From: a virus
Reading direction: 5' to 3' (one strand)
Virus record (IMG/VR): IMGVR_UViG_3300010383_000012
Length of the DNA: 61,308 nt
The position numbers were made by a program, and so were the translations under genes. The notes under the pieces were generated by a model. The model did no database searches. It saw nothing but the letters and a program-made list of their open reading frames with translations, and was not told the origin of the DNA. Of the stretch, positions 6,415-15,185 are shown piece after piece (the first letter of the stretch is position 1; the number at the start of each line of letters is the position of its first letter).

Positions 6415-7187
6415 TGGGACCTCCACTCGGCACCGCGCACGACGCGCCCGACTGGTTCGAGCACGAGTACTTCCGACTCCTTCTCGGTGCGCACGAGCAG
6501 GTTCGCGCGGCGTTGCGCCTTCTCAAGCGTCCGATGGCGCTTCGGCGCTGCATAGCGACCGATGGTCACGAAAACCTGAGACGGCACGAATTCCGCATCC
6601 ACGAGCGTCAATTCGTCGATCTTCCGCTCGAGCGCGGCGTTGTTCGCGCGCAGTTTAGCGATGACCTCTTTTTGCGATCTAACTTCCGCGAGCGCCGCAT
6701 CTCGCTCGGCGGTGGTCTCACGATGCTTGTCGCATTCCGCGTTGTATAGGTCCCTGTATGAGCCCCAACACTGCACAGCGTTGTTGTGCTGTTCGCGCAG
6801 CTCGTCGCGCTCCCGGGTAACCGCCTGCAACTGCAAGGTGAGATCAAGCGCTTCCTCTACCGTGCTCAGCTCGGCATCGGTTACTTCCGGTTTCTCGACC
6901 TTCGGCGAGGCAGCAATTGCGGCTGACACGATCGCACCGACGAACGTCTTCCGTGGCGAAGTTGCGGTATCGGCGGTCGGCTCAACAACGTCCTTGCGGG
7001 TCAGCCAATAGTGGTATTCCGTGTGCCGCGGGCCGGTGCCTTCCAGCTTTCGCTCAAGGATGCCCTCGCTGACCATCGCGTTAAGCTCGCGGGACACGTG
7101 CAACCTGTCCATGCCGATACGCTCAGCGATCGTCTTTGCCGTCGACTGCATCACCGTGCCGAGGTACTTCTCGATCTGATCTCTCAC
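6411..7187 (-). CDS. Hypothetical protein with an N-terminal winged-helix-like domain and a central coiled coil
   Basis: 258 aa. TAKTIAERIGMDRLHVSRELNAMVSEGILER looks like a wHTH. A long heptad-like region follows (LQLQAVTRERDELREQ...AKLRANNAALERKIDEL). GTG start overlaps the upstream stop. Confidence 0.5.
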   Translation of the reverse strand: MRDQIEKYLGTVMQSTAKTIAERIGMDRLHVSRELNAMVSEGILERKLEGTGPRHTEYHYWLTRKDVVEPTADTATSPRKTFVGAIVSAAIAASPKVEKPEVTDAELSTVEEALDLTLQLQAVTRERDELREQHNNAVQCWGSYRDLYNAECDKHRETTAERDAALAEVRSQKEVIAKLRANNAALERKIDELTLVDAEFVPSQVFVTIGRYAAPKRHRTLEKAQRRANLLVRTEKESEVLVLEPVGRVVRGAEWRSQ

Positions 7188-7657
7188 GCTGCCTCCACAT
7201 AGCCGTACACCACCAGATCAGGCGCCGTTCCGTTGTTGAACACAGCGTCGACAATGCGCCCCATGTCCGCGCCTTCCGGCAACTTCCCATTCGCAACCCG
7301 AGCTACGGTCCGTTGCGCGATCTCCTGCGCGCGCTCACGAGTCAGGTCGATCCACACCCGCTGCCCAACTGCAGGCACGTGATCGGGTGCGTATTGGTCG
7401 CGTCCCCAATCGACGTGCCGCAAATTCGGCTCGCTGCACGACGGGCACTGAAGCCCGAACGCCGTTACGCCGTCGCGGCTGTTCCAGATCCGCTCCCGGT
7501 GACCGCACGCGCACGCGTACCACATCAGGCAGAAGGCCTCGGCGTGCTGATGGCCTTGCGGGGTCACGGCACGCACGTCCGGTGCAGCGGTGCCCGACGA
7601 CGCCTTTTTCTTTGCGGCGCGCTCCGCGGCGCGCCGGAGTTCACGCGTTTTGCTCAT
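7184..7657 (-). CDS. Hypothetical Cys-rich (zinc-ribbon-like) protein
   Basis: Start MSKTREL (ATGA overlap with the exonuclease stop). Contains CLMWYACACGH...LQCPSCS. Confidence 0.5.
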   Translation of the reverse strand: MSKTRELRRAAERAAKKKASSGTAAPDVRAVTPQGHQHAEAFCLMWYACACGHRERIWNSRDGVTAFGLQCPSCSEPNLRHVDWGRDQYAPDHVPAVGQRVWIDLTRERAQEIAQRTVARVANGKLPEGADMGRIVDAVFNNGTAPDLVVYGYVEAA

Positions 7658-8271
7658 GCCGCGGCCGCCAGATGCTTCTTGATGCCGTAATAGACGGCTT
7701 TGCAAGCCATCACATCGACGTTGGCGTTGTGTGCGCCTTCGAGCTTGCTGCCGGTAAAGAACTCGTATGCCTCTGCGAGGTTCGGCGACTTGGCGTGTTT
7801 ACGGCCGGCGGCGAGCATCTTTGCGGTAGGCGGAAGATTGATGATCTTCGTGCTCTTGCCTTGCGTGCAGAACGCCGGCGCGGACTTCCACGTGTCGTGG
7901 AAGGGATCGTCGTGATCGATCTCGCGGAAGTACTCGATGCGCAACATGCGGGCGTCGAACGATTCGTTGTGTCCCGCGCGCATCGCTGCGCGCTTCCACA
8001 TGTCGGTGAACTGACCGATCGCATCACGGCGGTCGATGCCTTCGGCCATCGCGCGCTCGGTCGTGATGCCGGTGAGCGCGGCCAGTTCGTCTGGAATCGT
8101 CCAGCCGTCCGGCTTGATCAGGACATCCATCGTCGCGATAACGTTGCCGTTGTGTTCGTCGCACAGCTCTGCGGCCAGTTGCGTGACGTAAGGCTGCGAC
8201 GGATCTTCCGAGGGCAACCCCCACTGCGGCAGGCCATTGGTTTCGGTGTCGTAGAAGAGAATGAGGTCCAT
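7654..8271 (-). CDS. DnaQ-like DEDDh 3'-5' exonuclease
   Basis: Exo I is FYDTETNG, Exo II is GHNESFDARML and Exo III is HNANVDVMAC. Confidence 0.85.
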   Translation of the reverse strand: MDLILFYDTETNGLPQWGLPSEDPSQPYVTQLAAELCDEHNGNVIATMDVLIKPDGWTIPDELAALTGITTERAMAEGIDRRDAIGQFTDMWKRAAMRAGHNESFDARMLRIEYFREIDHDDPFHDTWKSAPAFCTQGKSTKIINLPPTAKMLAAGRKHAKSPNLAEAYEFFTGSKLEGAHNANVDVMACKAVYYGIKKHLAAAA

Positions 8272-8301
8272 GCTGTGTCCAGGTGATGTGGGTTGAGCCG
8301 A

Positions 8302-10116
8302 TCAGGCCGCTTCGGCGACGGCTGCGCTGCCAATCAGTTCGCCCTGCTCGATCCAATGGGCCCGGGTAGTCGGAGGCAAGCCTTCCGGCAACTTCTTGAG
8401 GGTGCCGAACACGAGCGCCGTGCTGAGCTCTCCCTGGGTGGCCATGTCGTCGAGCAGCGCGAGCAGATCGCCTCGCCCCGTCAGGTCCAACACGTCGAAG
8501 CGATCGAACGACACGATGCGCGACTCGGAGATAACCGCGATCGTCAGCGCGAGCAGCGCATCCACGCGGTACTTTTCGGATTCACTGAGCAGCGCATACA
8601 GCCGGCCGCCGGCGCGGATCGTCATGTCCGTGCCGATTTCTGGAACCGCCCATTGCGCGAATGCGGCGAGCGAGCTCAGTTGGTGATTGATTGGCGCGAG
8701 CGCCTTGGCCAGCATGTCGCCGGGAATTCCGTCCGGTGCCAATGCGTCGGCGATCGCAAGCCATTGCGCGATGTCCGTGTGATATTCGGCAGCCTCTTTC
8801 GTCTTTCCAGCGGCGGCCTCGGCAGCGCGCCTCGCATTGCTGAGGCTGTCGAGCTCGCCGCGGAGCTTGTTGCGCTGCTCGGTTGCAGCCGTGACGCTGC
8901 GACGCGCGGCGTTGACATCTTCTTCGGTGACCTTCTCGACGTCGGCCTGCAGTTGCAGCGTCTTCGACGCCGCGGTGGCGGCCGCGAGGTCGCGTTCGTC
9001 GTTCTCGACGGCGCGCTTCATCAGATCACGAGCTTTCTTCAACTCCGGCAGCTTGGCGCGCGCCTCAGCGTCGCCGCCCGCGCCCGGCTCGCCGAACTGG
9101 TCGACGTACGCGCTGTACGCATTGGCCGCAGTGGAGAAGTCGTAGTTGTCCCAAGGCAGGATCGCGCCGGTGTCACGCTGCACGACACCTTCGGTGTCTG
9201 CGATGACCGCTGAGAACTCGCGAACCGCATTGGCGAGGTCGTGTACGAGCCCTTCGCGCGGCGCGTCGCCGGCGCGCTGCTGCGCGTCGAGCAAAGCCGC
9301 TTCAGCCGACGCGAGATGCTCCTTGTCGGTAGCCAGCTTCGCTTCAATGCGCGTGATGCTCTGCGCGAGGTCCGCGTTGTTCGCAGCGCTGGCCGTGGCC
9401 GCCGTGTAGGCGCGGTGTTTCTCCTGTACGACGCCGACCGCGGTGTTTGCTTCGGAAAGGCGCGCCTCAGCTGCCGTCAAAGCTTCCGTCGCGCTCGCGA
9501 GCTTCTTTGCGTCGAACGGCGGCACCTCCGCTTCCCAGCCGTCTGCCTTGTCTTTGCCCCACTGCTCGCCCGTCACCGTGCGCCACGCGCCCTTCGCTTC
9601 GCGCGCCTCGTCCTCGGCGAACTTGACCGCTGCGGGGAAGCCCGAGCGCAGCATCGGGATCACCTTGTCGATCTTCTTCGCGTCGCAGCCGCGCTCGAGC
9701 ATCAAGCCCTTCACAACTTCTGGCGTGGCACGCAAGCCGGTGAGGTCGAACAGCAATGTGCGGCGTTCGTCGGCCTTCAGACTGGCGAATCGCGACGGCT
9801 CCAGCACGTACGGAAGAGCAGCTGTGTACACCGCGAGGCCGACGTGCTTGCCATCGGGCAGCGTGAGGGACGCCGGGCCCGCGTCCGTCTCGATGGCGAC
9901 GATCGACTTCTTTGCGCCCTCGGTGATGATCGACGGGTAGTCTTTCTTGAGTGCAACGCGCGACACATCGCCGGTCAGCGCGGCGTTCACTGCCTCGCGA
10001 AGGCTGCTCTTGCCGGCGCCGTTCGGGCCCGCGAAGATGGTCACCGGCGTGTCGAGCTCGAGGTCGACGGCGCGTGCGCCGACGAAGTGCTTTGCGGAGA
10101 TGTGCTGGATGCGCAT
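8302..10116 (-). CDS. SMC/SbcC/Rad50-like AAA ATPase (recombination-associated)
   Basis: 604 aa. Walker A is FAGPNGAGKSS. A long Ala/Glu-rich coiled-coil middle follows. The C-terminal Walker B/D-loop is IVSFDRFDVLD. Confidence 0.75.
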   Translation of the reverse strand: MRIQHISAKHFVGARAVDLELDTPVTIFAGPNGAGKSSLREAVNAALTGDVSRVALKKDYPSIITEGAKKSIVAIETDAGPASLTLPDGKHVGLAVYTAALPYVLEPSRFASLKADERRTLLFDLTGLRATPEVVKGLMLERGCDAKKIDKVIPMLRSGFPAAVKFAEDEAREAKGAWRTVTGEQWGKDKADGWEAEVPPFDAKKLASATEALTAAEARLSEANTAVGVVQEKHRAYTAATASAANNADLAQSITRIEAKLATDKEHLASAEAALLDAQQRAGDAPREGLVHDLANAVREFSAVIADTEGVVQRDTGAILPWDNYDFSTAANAYSAYVDQFGEPGAGGDAEARAKLPELKKARDLMKRAVENDERDLAAATAASKTLQLQADVEKVTEEDVNAARRSVTAATEQRNKLRGELDSLSNARRAAEAAAGKTKEAAEYHTDIAQWLAIADALAPDGIPGDMLAKALAPINHQLSSLAAFAQWAVPEIGTDMTIRAGGRLYALLSESEKYRVDALLALTIAVISESRIVSFDRFDVLDLTGRGDLLALLDDMATQGELSTALVFGTLKKLPEGLPPTTRAHWIEQGELIGSAAVAEAA

Positions 10117-10231
10117 GTTGCTACCTTTGGTATGTGGTGGAGGCGTGCTGGCGGCTGATTGCGGCGTAGATTCGTACGCGGGAGAAACCGCGCTTCATAC
10201 CCGCGGCTGGCCAGCCGCCCCCGTTGAACGT

Positions 10232-10840
10232 TTATTCGACGATTGCCATCTGGCCGCGACCGCTGCGGCGCGCGGCCGGATCCTTTTCCGCCGCCATCTG
10301 CGCGGCTATGTCATTGGCACCGTCGCCGTAGTCGGCGTCCTCGTCCTCTTCTTCGCCGCCATCGGGCTCGACCGTGAGATAGATGCTCTGGCCGAGCACC
10401 GCGCTCAGCTTGGCGATGGCATCAGCATCGGGATCGCTGACCTGCACGCGGAACTCGACGATGCAGCTGCCGCCCTCCTGCGCTGTGATAACGAACTTGT
10501 TCACCTTGGCAAGACCGAAGACGATGTCGCTCTTTTCGTCGATGCCGTGATGCACCACCACCCGAGCGCATTCGTATTTCAGGTCCCACTTGATCGGGCC
10601 CATCGGCGGGTTCTTCAGCACAGTGAATGGCACCGATGCCGGATCGAAGTCCTGCTGCGGCGTGTCCTCGCGACGGTACAAGTCCGTCTTCAGCGTCGGG
10701 GAAAACTCCGCGAGCGCTTCGTTCGGCAACGTGGCGCGGAAACGCAGGTCGATACCGTTGACCTTCTCGTCGCCGTGCACCTCGCGGCGCAGATTCAGGT
10801 GCACGAACTCAACGAGCTCGTGGTTGCGTTCGAATGACAT
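10232..10840 (-). CDS. Hypothetical protein with an acidic C-terminal tail
   Basis: 202 aa with a strong GAGAGGAG RBS. It lies between the RecT gene and the ATPase gene. The acidic tail is GGEEEDEDADYGD. Confidence 0.55.
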   Translation of the reverse strand: MSFERNHELVEFVHLNLRREVHGDEKVNGIDLRFRATLPNEALAEFSPTLKTDLYRREDTPQQDFDPASVPFTVLKNPPMGPIKWDLKYECARVVVHHGIDEKSDIVFGLAKVNKFVITAQEGGSCIVEFRVQVSDPDADAIAKLSAVLGQSIYLTVEPDGGEEEDEDADYGDGANDIAAQMAAEKDPAARRSGRGQMAIVE

Positions 10841-10870
10841 TGCAGTGCTCCTCTCTGGATAAACGCGGGA

Positions 10871-12046
10871 TTACTCGACGGTCGGGCTCGCGCCGCGAGC
10901 GCGGCGGCCGGCGCGTTCGAATTTCTGCCGGAGGCCGGTGGCGAGTTCCGTCAAGCGCTGCTCGGCGTCCGGATCCGGCACGTCGGCGATCAGCGCTATC
11001 GCTGCCGTCAATGCATCGCTGCTGTCGGCGGAATTCAGGCGCTCGGCGATCTGCGATTCAGAAAGCGGCGACGCGGACTGAGCTTCGGTCCCACTCTCGG
11101 AAACCGCCTGCTTCTGATCCGTAACCTGCGTCTCGTCAGTCGCAGCGTTCTGACTTGCTTCCGCTGCCGTTTCGCGCGGTGAGTCCGTCGCCGCCACATC
11201 AGTCGCGGCTGCTTCGGCGCGGCGCGCGGCTGGCGATACCGCTGCAGCGCGCAGCGATTCGACGTCGACCGCGAACTTGCCATCGGCTGTCGGTTCGAGG
11301 TCGATAATGTCCTGCGCCTCTTCAGCGGTTTGCAGCCCCATCAGAAGCTCGGGTGCATAGAGCTTCCCGAAGAAGGCCGCAGATCGGTATCGAAGCATCA
11401 CCTCGGGCATCGTCATCCACTTGCTGCCGTTCTTCGTGAGCCAGCCTTCGTCGATCGCCATCTGGATGCTGATCGTCGGCGACTCGAGCCGCGCGCCAGT
11501 CTCTTTCTCGATCGCCCAGGCGACGCAGGTCTGATGGCGAACCTTCACCTTGCGCTCGACCGCGACCTTCTTGGCCCGGCCGCCATTCGGCTGGTCTTGC
11601 CATTCGGTCGCGGTGTAGGTCACCTCTTCCAGTTCACCGGGCTTGCTCAGGTCAAATCGCAGCGGCGAGTACTTCCCGCACGAATTGATCGCAGCGATGA
11701 TGAATTGCGAGGACCACGACGGACGCCCTTCGACGATGTAGAGGTTCTGCATCACCATCAGCGGGTCAGCGCCCATGCGCTGCGCCATGTTCAATGCGAC
11801 GACACAGTTCGAAAGGCCGGAAGGGTTGTCTTCGTAGCCTGTGACCTTTCCGTACTCCTTCACCTCCGTGCGCGCGCGGTACGCGACGGGCACCAGGGTC
11901 GAATGCGTGAGCATCTTTGCCGCACGCTGCATGAGCTCGAAAGACTGGCTGTTCGCAAATCCCATCTGCACTGCCGGCAGGTTGGCGTCTCGATTCGGTT
12001 GTTGCGCGACGTCCTGAAGCGATCGCGCCTGAGTTGGAGCGTTCAT
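10871..12046 (-). CDS. recT: RecT-family single-strand annealing protein
   Basis: 391 aa. The core ...NLYIVEGRPSWSSQFIIAAINS...MPEVMLRYRSAAFFGKLYAPE... is typical of RecT. It is adjacent to a nuclease gene. Confidence 0.75.
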   Translation of the reverse strand: MNAPTQARSLQDVAQQPNRDANLPAVQMGFANSQSFELMQRAAKMLTHSTLVPVAYRARTEVKEYGKVTGYEDNPSGLSNCVVALNMAQRMGADPLMVMQNLYIVEGRPSWSSQFIIAAINSCGKYSPLRFDLSKPGELEEVTYTATEWQDQPNGGRAKKVAVERKVKVRHQTCVAWAIEKETGARLESPTISIQMAIDEGWLTKNGSKWMTMPEVMLRYRSAAFFGKLYAPELLMGLQTAEEAQDIIDLEPTADGKFAVDVESLRAAAVSPAARRAEAAATDVAATDSPRETAAEASQNAATDETQVTDQKQAVSESGTEAQSASPLSESQIAERLNSADSSDALTAAIALIADVPDPDAEQRLTELATGLRQKFERAGRRARGASPTVE

Positions 12047-12059
12047 CTGTTACCCCTTT

Positions 12060-12860
12060 TTATTCGTGGTAGATGCAGCTGTTCCAGCGCGAGCAATACG
12101 TCTTGCTGCACAGGTACGACTGCGGATTCGGTGGGAAAAGGCCAGCGCGGAACATGTCGGCCGCCAACTGGATCAGGCCCGGCGTATCGTCATTGCCGAT
12201 CAGCACGCGGCGCGCGTCAAAGAGAGGGCTCACTGCGGTCGGCGCCTTCGATGTGGTGCCGAGCGCGATGATCTGCGCGCCCGCCGTGTGCTCGCCCGTT
12301 GTCTGCTCGTACATGAGCTGGTACGTACCGGTCTGCGCCGAGCGCGCCTTGATGTTGGCCTCGCCATTGGCGACAACGCGCGCGCCGGTCTTCACGTCCG
12401 GAATGATCGTGCCGTCAACGCCCTTCGCGACGCGAGCACGGTCCATCGTGCCGGTCAGCGTGATAGTCGTGCCGCCGCCGCAATCGATCTGCAGCGGCTC
12501 GAGTGCCATCTCGACGGCCGTGTACGTGAACTGCGGCGCGATTTCCGTGCAGTACTTCGTCGTGAGCGTCAGACCGATGCGCTCCGCTTCCGCGAACCGG
12601 ATGTTGTCGTCGGAGAAATCGACGTCGTATTCCGGGTGGTGCAGCGTGTCGATGAATGCGCCGGCAGCATCGTCCGGCGTGATCTCGTTGCCGTTCAGGC
12701 GTGCCGCGTCAAACGCCGCGGTGCCGGCGTGAACGCTCGTGCCGAGCAGCGCGCGCAATCCCGCTGGTTTCCGCATGCCAAGCAGATGCTCGCCTTCCCA
12801 TGCGTAGGCGCAGTCGAAGAACTTGCCGAACGACGAGGCGCGGATGCGGAGGTCGCTCAC
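12060..12860 (-). CDS. PD-(D/E)XK (Cas4/RecB-like) exonuclease with Cys cluster
   Basis: GTG at 12860 overlaps the upstream stop (GTGA). Motifs are GTMDRARV, IIPDVKTG and QTGTYQLMY. One N-terminal Cys (FFDC) plus C-terminal CSKTYCSRWNSC suggests an Fe-S cluster. The ORF track start at 13079 is probably too long. Confidence 0.7.
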   Translation of the reverse strand: MSDLRIRASSFGKFFDCAYAWEGEHLLGMRKPAGLRALLGTSVHAGTAAFDAARLNGNEITPDDAAGAFIDTLHHPEYDVDFSDDNIRFAEAERIGLTLTTKYCTEIAPQFTYTAVEMALEPLQIDCGGGTTITLTGTMDRARVAKGVDGTIIPDVKTGARVVANGEANIKARSAQTGTYQLMYEQTTGEHTAGAQIIALGTTSKAPTAVSPLFDARRVLIGNDDTPGLIQLAADMFRAGLFPPNPQSYLCSKTYCSRWNSCIYHE

Positions 12861-13006
12861 ACTGCACCTCGCGACGCGAACATCTGCAGGCGCAGTACCG
12901 ACGTTTCGGACTGGTCCCAGTCCCGCGCGATGTACATAATCGCGAAGACCGCGAGCACTGCGATCGCGAACGAGATGTTCGGGTGCTTCGCGTAGAAACG
13001 GTCCAT
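12857..13006 (-). CDS. Small membrane protein (49 aa)
   Basis: MDRFYAKHPNISFAIAVLAVFAIMYIARDW... has one TM segment. Its stop overlaps the nuclease start. Confidence 0.4.
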   Translation of the reverse strand: MDRFYAKHPNISFAIAVLAVFAIMYIARDWDQSETSVLRLQMFASRGAV

Positions 13007-13014
13007 TGCGCGGA

Positions 13015-13203
13015 TCACGCCAGACCTCGCACGTTCGTGTAAGTGAAGACGCGCGCCACGTTGCGCGGAACATAACCACCGCCGATGCGCACGCGCGGCG
13101 TCACGCCGCGACGAACGAGAGCGGCCTTCGCGGCCTCCTGACGGCGCCTCGTGCGCTCGCACAGCATTTCGTACTTCAGATCGAGAACGCGGTCTTTCAG
13201 CAT
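13015..13203 (-). CDS. Hypothetical small basic protein (62 aa)
   Basis: ATG at 13203 is preceded by GAGG. Confidence 0.4.
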   Translation of the reverse strand: MLKDRVLDLKYEMLCERTRRRQEAAKAALVRRGVTPRVRIGGGYVPRNVARVFTYTNVRGLA

Positions 13204-13394
13204 GTCGGCCTCACAGAAACAAACCACAGAACAGTTGCCATAATCACCATCGCTGCAGTGGCAGCGACGAACGCATATCCAACGTCGATCACGCGGTAGT
13301 CAGCCTCGGTGAGCTGGCGTACCGATTCGCGCTGCATTCCGAGCACACGCCGCATGACGCGGCCGGCGAGGCGGTTGAGGATGTAGCGGTTCAC
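13197..13394 (-). CDS. Small membrane protein (65 aa)
   Basis: GTG at 13394. The C-terminal TM segment is GYAFVAATAAMVIMATVLWFV. The start is uncertain (the track gives 13439). Confidence 0.35.
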   Translation of the reverse strand: MNRYILNRLAGRVMRRVLGMQRESVRQLTEADYRVIDVGYAFVAATAAMVIMATVLWFVSVRPTC

Positions 13395-13464
13395 TTGCGC
13401 CTCACCATCCGGCAAAGGCACCAGGCGACGAACGCCCACACAAGAAAACTGATTGCTAAACCGC

Positions 13465-13635
13465 TCATTGCAGCACCTGTGAAAACGAAAATGGCGCGGG
13501 AAAGTCCAGGTAAGCCTCGTCCTTCATGCGACGGTCGAGAAAATCGCTGTACGACTCTGGCTCCGACGGATCGACCTCTTCCGCGTCGCGTGTGAGCAGA
13601 TAGTCATGATTCGGGTCTTTGTCGACGTAGCGCAT
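13465..13635 (-). CDS. Hypothetical acidic protein (56 aa; below the ORF-track cutoff)
   Basis: AGGAG lies 6 nt upstream of ATG 13635. Translation is MRYVDKDPNHDYLLTRDAEEVDPSEPESYSDFLDRRMKDEAYLDFPAPFSFSQVLQ. Confidence 0.4.
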   Translation of the reverse strand: MRYVDKDPNHDYLLTRDAEEVDPSEPESYSDFLDRRMKDEAYLDFPAPFSFSQVLQ

Positions 13636-13987
13636 ACTGGACTCCTGACTAAATTTCCAACTTAACCCTCAAGCGTGGACGCTTGGCGCTCCCATATGGC
13701 AGGGTTGTGGCCGCGCTGCGTGTCGCTCTATGCAGCCCCGCCCACGGACTGCCGCCGAACATCCACACTTCAAGGTTCCCGCTTACCCTCGTGACGGGGA
13801 CTCGTCAGACGCCTGCGGCGGCGCCATCTTGAGCCGGGTGCCCTGCAATCGCCGCAGGGTGAAGCAAGGTGCCGGAGGCTCGGCGCCCTGCACTCTCTGG
13901 CGGACCTACCTCGCGACGCACAGCACTCGCACGTCGCTTGGATTGCTGCGATACATTGCAGCGCGGCCCTCTCGGGGTGCATCCTGT

Positions 13988-14302
13988 TCAATCGATCTCG
14001 ACGCCTGCAATTTCGGCGGAGAGGCTCGCCCTGCTTTCTCCTGCCCTCAGCCGCCACTGGATGACATCGGCGTTGACGATCTGCCACTTCGAAGGGTTGC
14101 TGATCAACGTTCCGATCTTCGGCCGGCTCGTGAGCACGCCCAAGAATTCCAGCTTGCTGACCGCCTCGCGCAGAACCGTCCGGCTTACGCCGAACTCGAT
14201 CGAGAGCGCGTCTTGTGACGGCATTCGGCCGCCAGCTCCGCGCGCGAGAACGATTTCCATCAGGCGATCGAGCGTTTCGTCGACGAGCAAAGCCATGATC
14301 AA
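13988..14302 (-). CDS. GntR-type winged-HTH protein (DNA-binding domain only)
   Basis: RMPSQDALSIEFGVSRTVLREAVSKLEFLGVLTSRPKIGTLI matches the GntR N-terminal wHTH pattern. No effector domain is present (104 aa). Confidence 0.7.
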   Translation of the reverse strand: MIMALLVDETLDRLMEIVLARGAGGRMPSQDALSIEFGVSRTVLREAVSKLEFLGVLTSRPKIGTLISNPSKWQIVNADVIQWRLRAGESRASLSAEIAGVEID

Positions 14303-14676
14303 AGTCCCTCGCCGGCGATGCGGAAGAAGCGCGGCGCGTCGACCGGCTCGCGGTACGGCATCTCACTCGCCTGCTGATCCGGGCCGCTCGCTTTCCACAC
14401 CATCCCGAGCTCGGCGAAGTCGCTGAGGCTGATGTGTCGCGTCGTGCGGCCGACCGTAAAGGTGACGATTCCGTTCGAGCGCAGCACGCCCGCGACAGAA
14501 TTGCCTTCGTCGTCAACTACCGTCCCTTGTGTCATGGCGATCTCCGTGGTTTGAGCGGTCGCGACCCCGTCGGCGATCAGATTCATCGCGATCTCGCGCA
14601 GCAGGTGTTCGGTTAGCGAGCCGTGAGGTGCGGGCAGCGCATTCAGTTCAAGCAGGTCTTTTGCGAGGACGGACAT
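14299..14676 (-). CDS. Hypothetical protein (125 aa)
   Basis: ORF with a 4-nt overlap onto the GntR-like gene. No motif recognised. Confidence 0.5.
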   Translation of the reverse strand: MSVLAKDLLELNALPAPHGSLTEHLLREIAMNLIADGVATAQTTEIAMTQGTVVDDEGNSVAGVLRSNGIVTFTVGRTTRHISLSDFAELGMVWKASGPDQQASEMPYREPVDAPRFFRIAGEGL

Positions 14677-14705
14677 GGCGTCACCTCCTACACGTGCCCG
14701 TTAGT

Positions 14706-15020
14706 TCAGGCGAAGATGACTGCGTTGATTTCGGTGATCGCCAGAGCGCAGCGCTGCGCGCGCTGGACAGCGGCGGCGGCAACCTTGTCGGCATGCTCCC
14801 AGGCGTCGGCGATCAGTTCGCGTGCTTCGACCGGCGTGATCTTCTCGATACCGTTGTGCGGCACGAACTTGTAGAGCTGCGTGCCCGCCTTGTTGACGAG
14901 GATGTAGGCGTCCGGCGCGAAGTCGCCCGGTGTCGCTACCGCCGCCTTGACGGTCAACGACAGGAAGCCCACCTTGACGGTCGAGCCAACTTCCCACGAC
15001 TGCTTGCTGTTCTTGATCAT
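14706..15020 (-). CDS. Hypothetical protein, first gene of the early-left operon (104 aa)
   Basis: ATG at 15020 with GGGAG 9 nt upstream. It lies about 40 nt downstream of the PL-like promoter. Confidence 0.55.
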   Translation of the reverse strand: MIKNSKQSWEVGSTVKVGFLSLTVKAAVATPGDFAPDAYILVNKAGTQLYKFVPHNGIEKITPVEARELIADAWEHADKVAAAAVQRAQRCALAITEINAVIFA

Positions 15021-15060
15021 GTCCGTGCTCCCGCTGTGTGTTGTGTGCTGCGTTGAAAGA

Positions 15061-15098
15061 ACAATAGCAAACGCTCTCGCACAACGCAAGCAAAAGCT
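15061..15098 (-). promoter_or_regulatory. PL-like promoter with two operator-like sites (OL)
   Basis: Minus strand: -35 TTGCGT (15089-15084), 17-nt spacer, -10 TATTGT (15066-15061). Operator-like AGCAAACGCT (15066-15075) and AGCAAAAGCT (15089-15098). Nearly collinear with the PR sequence. Confidence 0.6.
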
Positions 15099-15138
15099 AT
15101 CGTTGAACGATAAATTTTTTTATCGAAACTTCCGGGCG

Positions 15139-15166
15139 AAAAAAAAGCCCGCGGGAGCGGGCTTTT
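15139..15166. terminator. Bidirectional intrinsic terminator
   Basis: A8-GCCCGC-GGGA-GCGGGC-TTTT. It lies downstream of the cI operon on the minus strand. Confidence 0.8.
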
Positions 15167-15185
15167 AGCGTGCTACTGGACGTAG

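Noticed and set aside
13636-13987. Riboswitch (cobalamin, guanidine/ykkC, SAM) in the structured gap
   Set aside because: No B12 box, no ykkC CUAGGGUUCCG core and no other consensus I know could be found by eye. It is left as an unclassified structured region.
13730-14516. ORFs 13730..14218 (+) and 13770..14516 (-)
   Set aside because: Both overlap the GntR-like gene and the 125-aa gene in other frames and are Arg/Pro-rich. They do not explain the non-coding gap.
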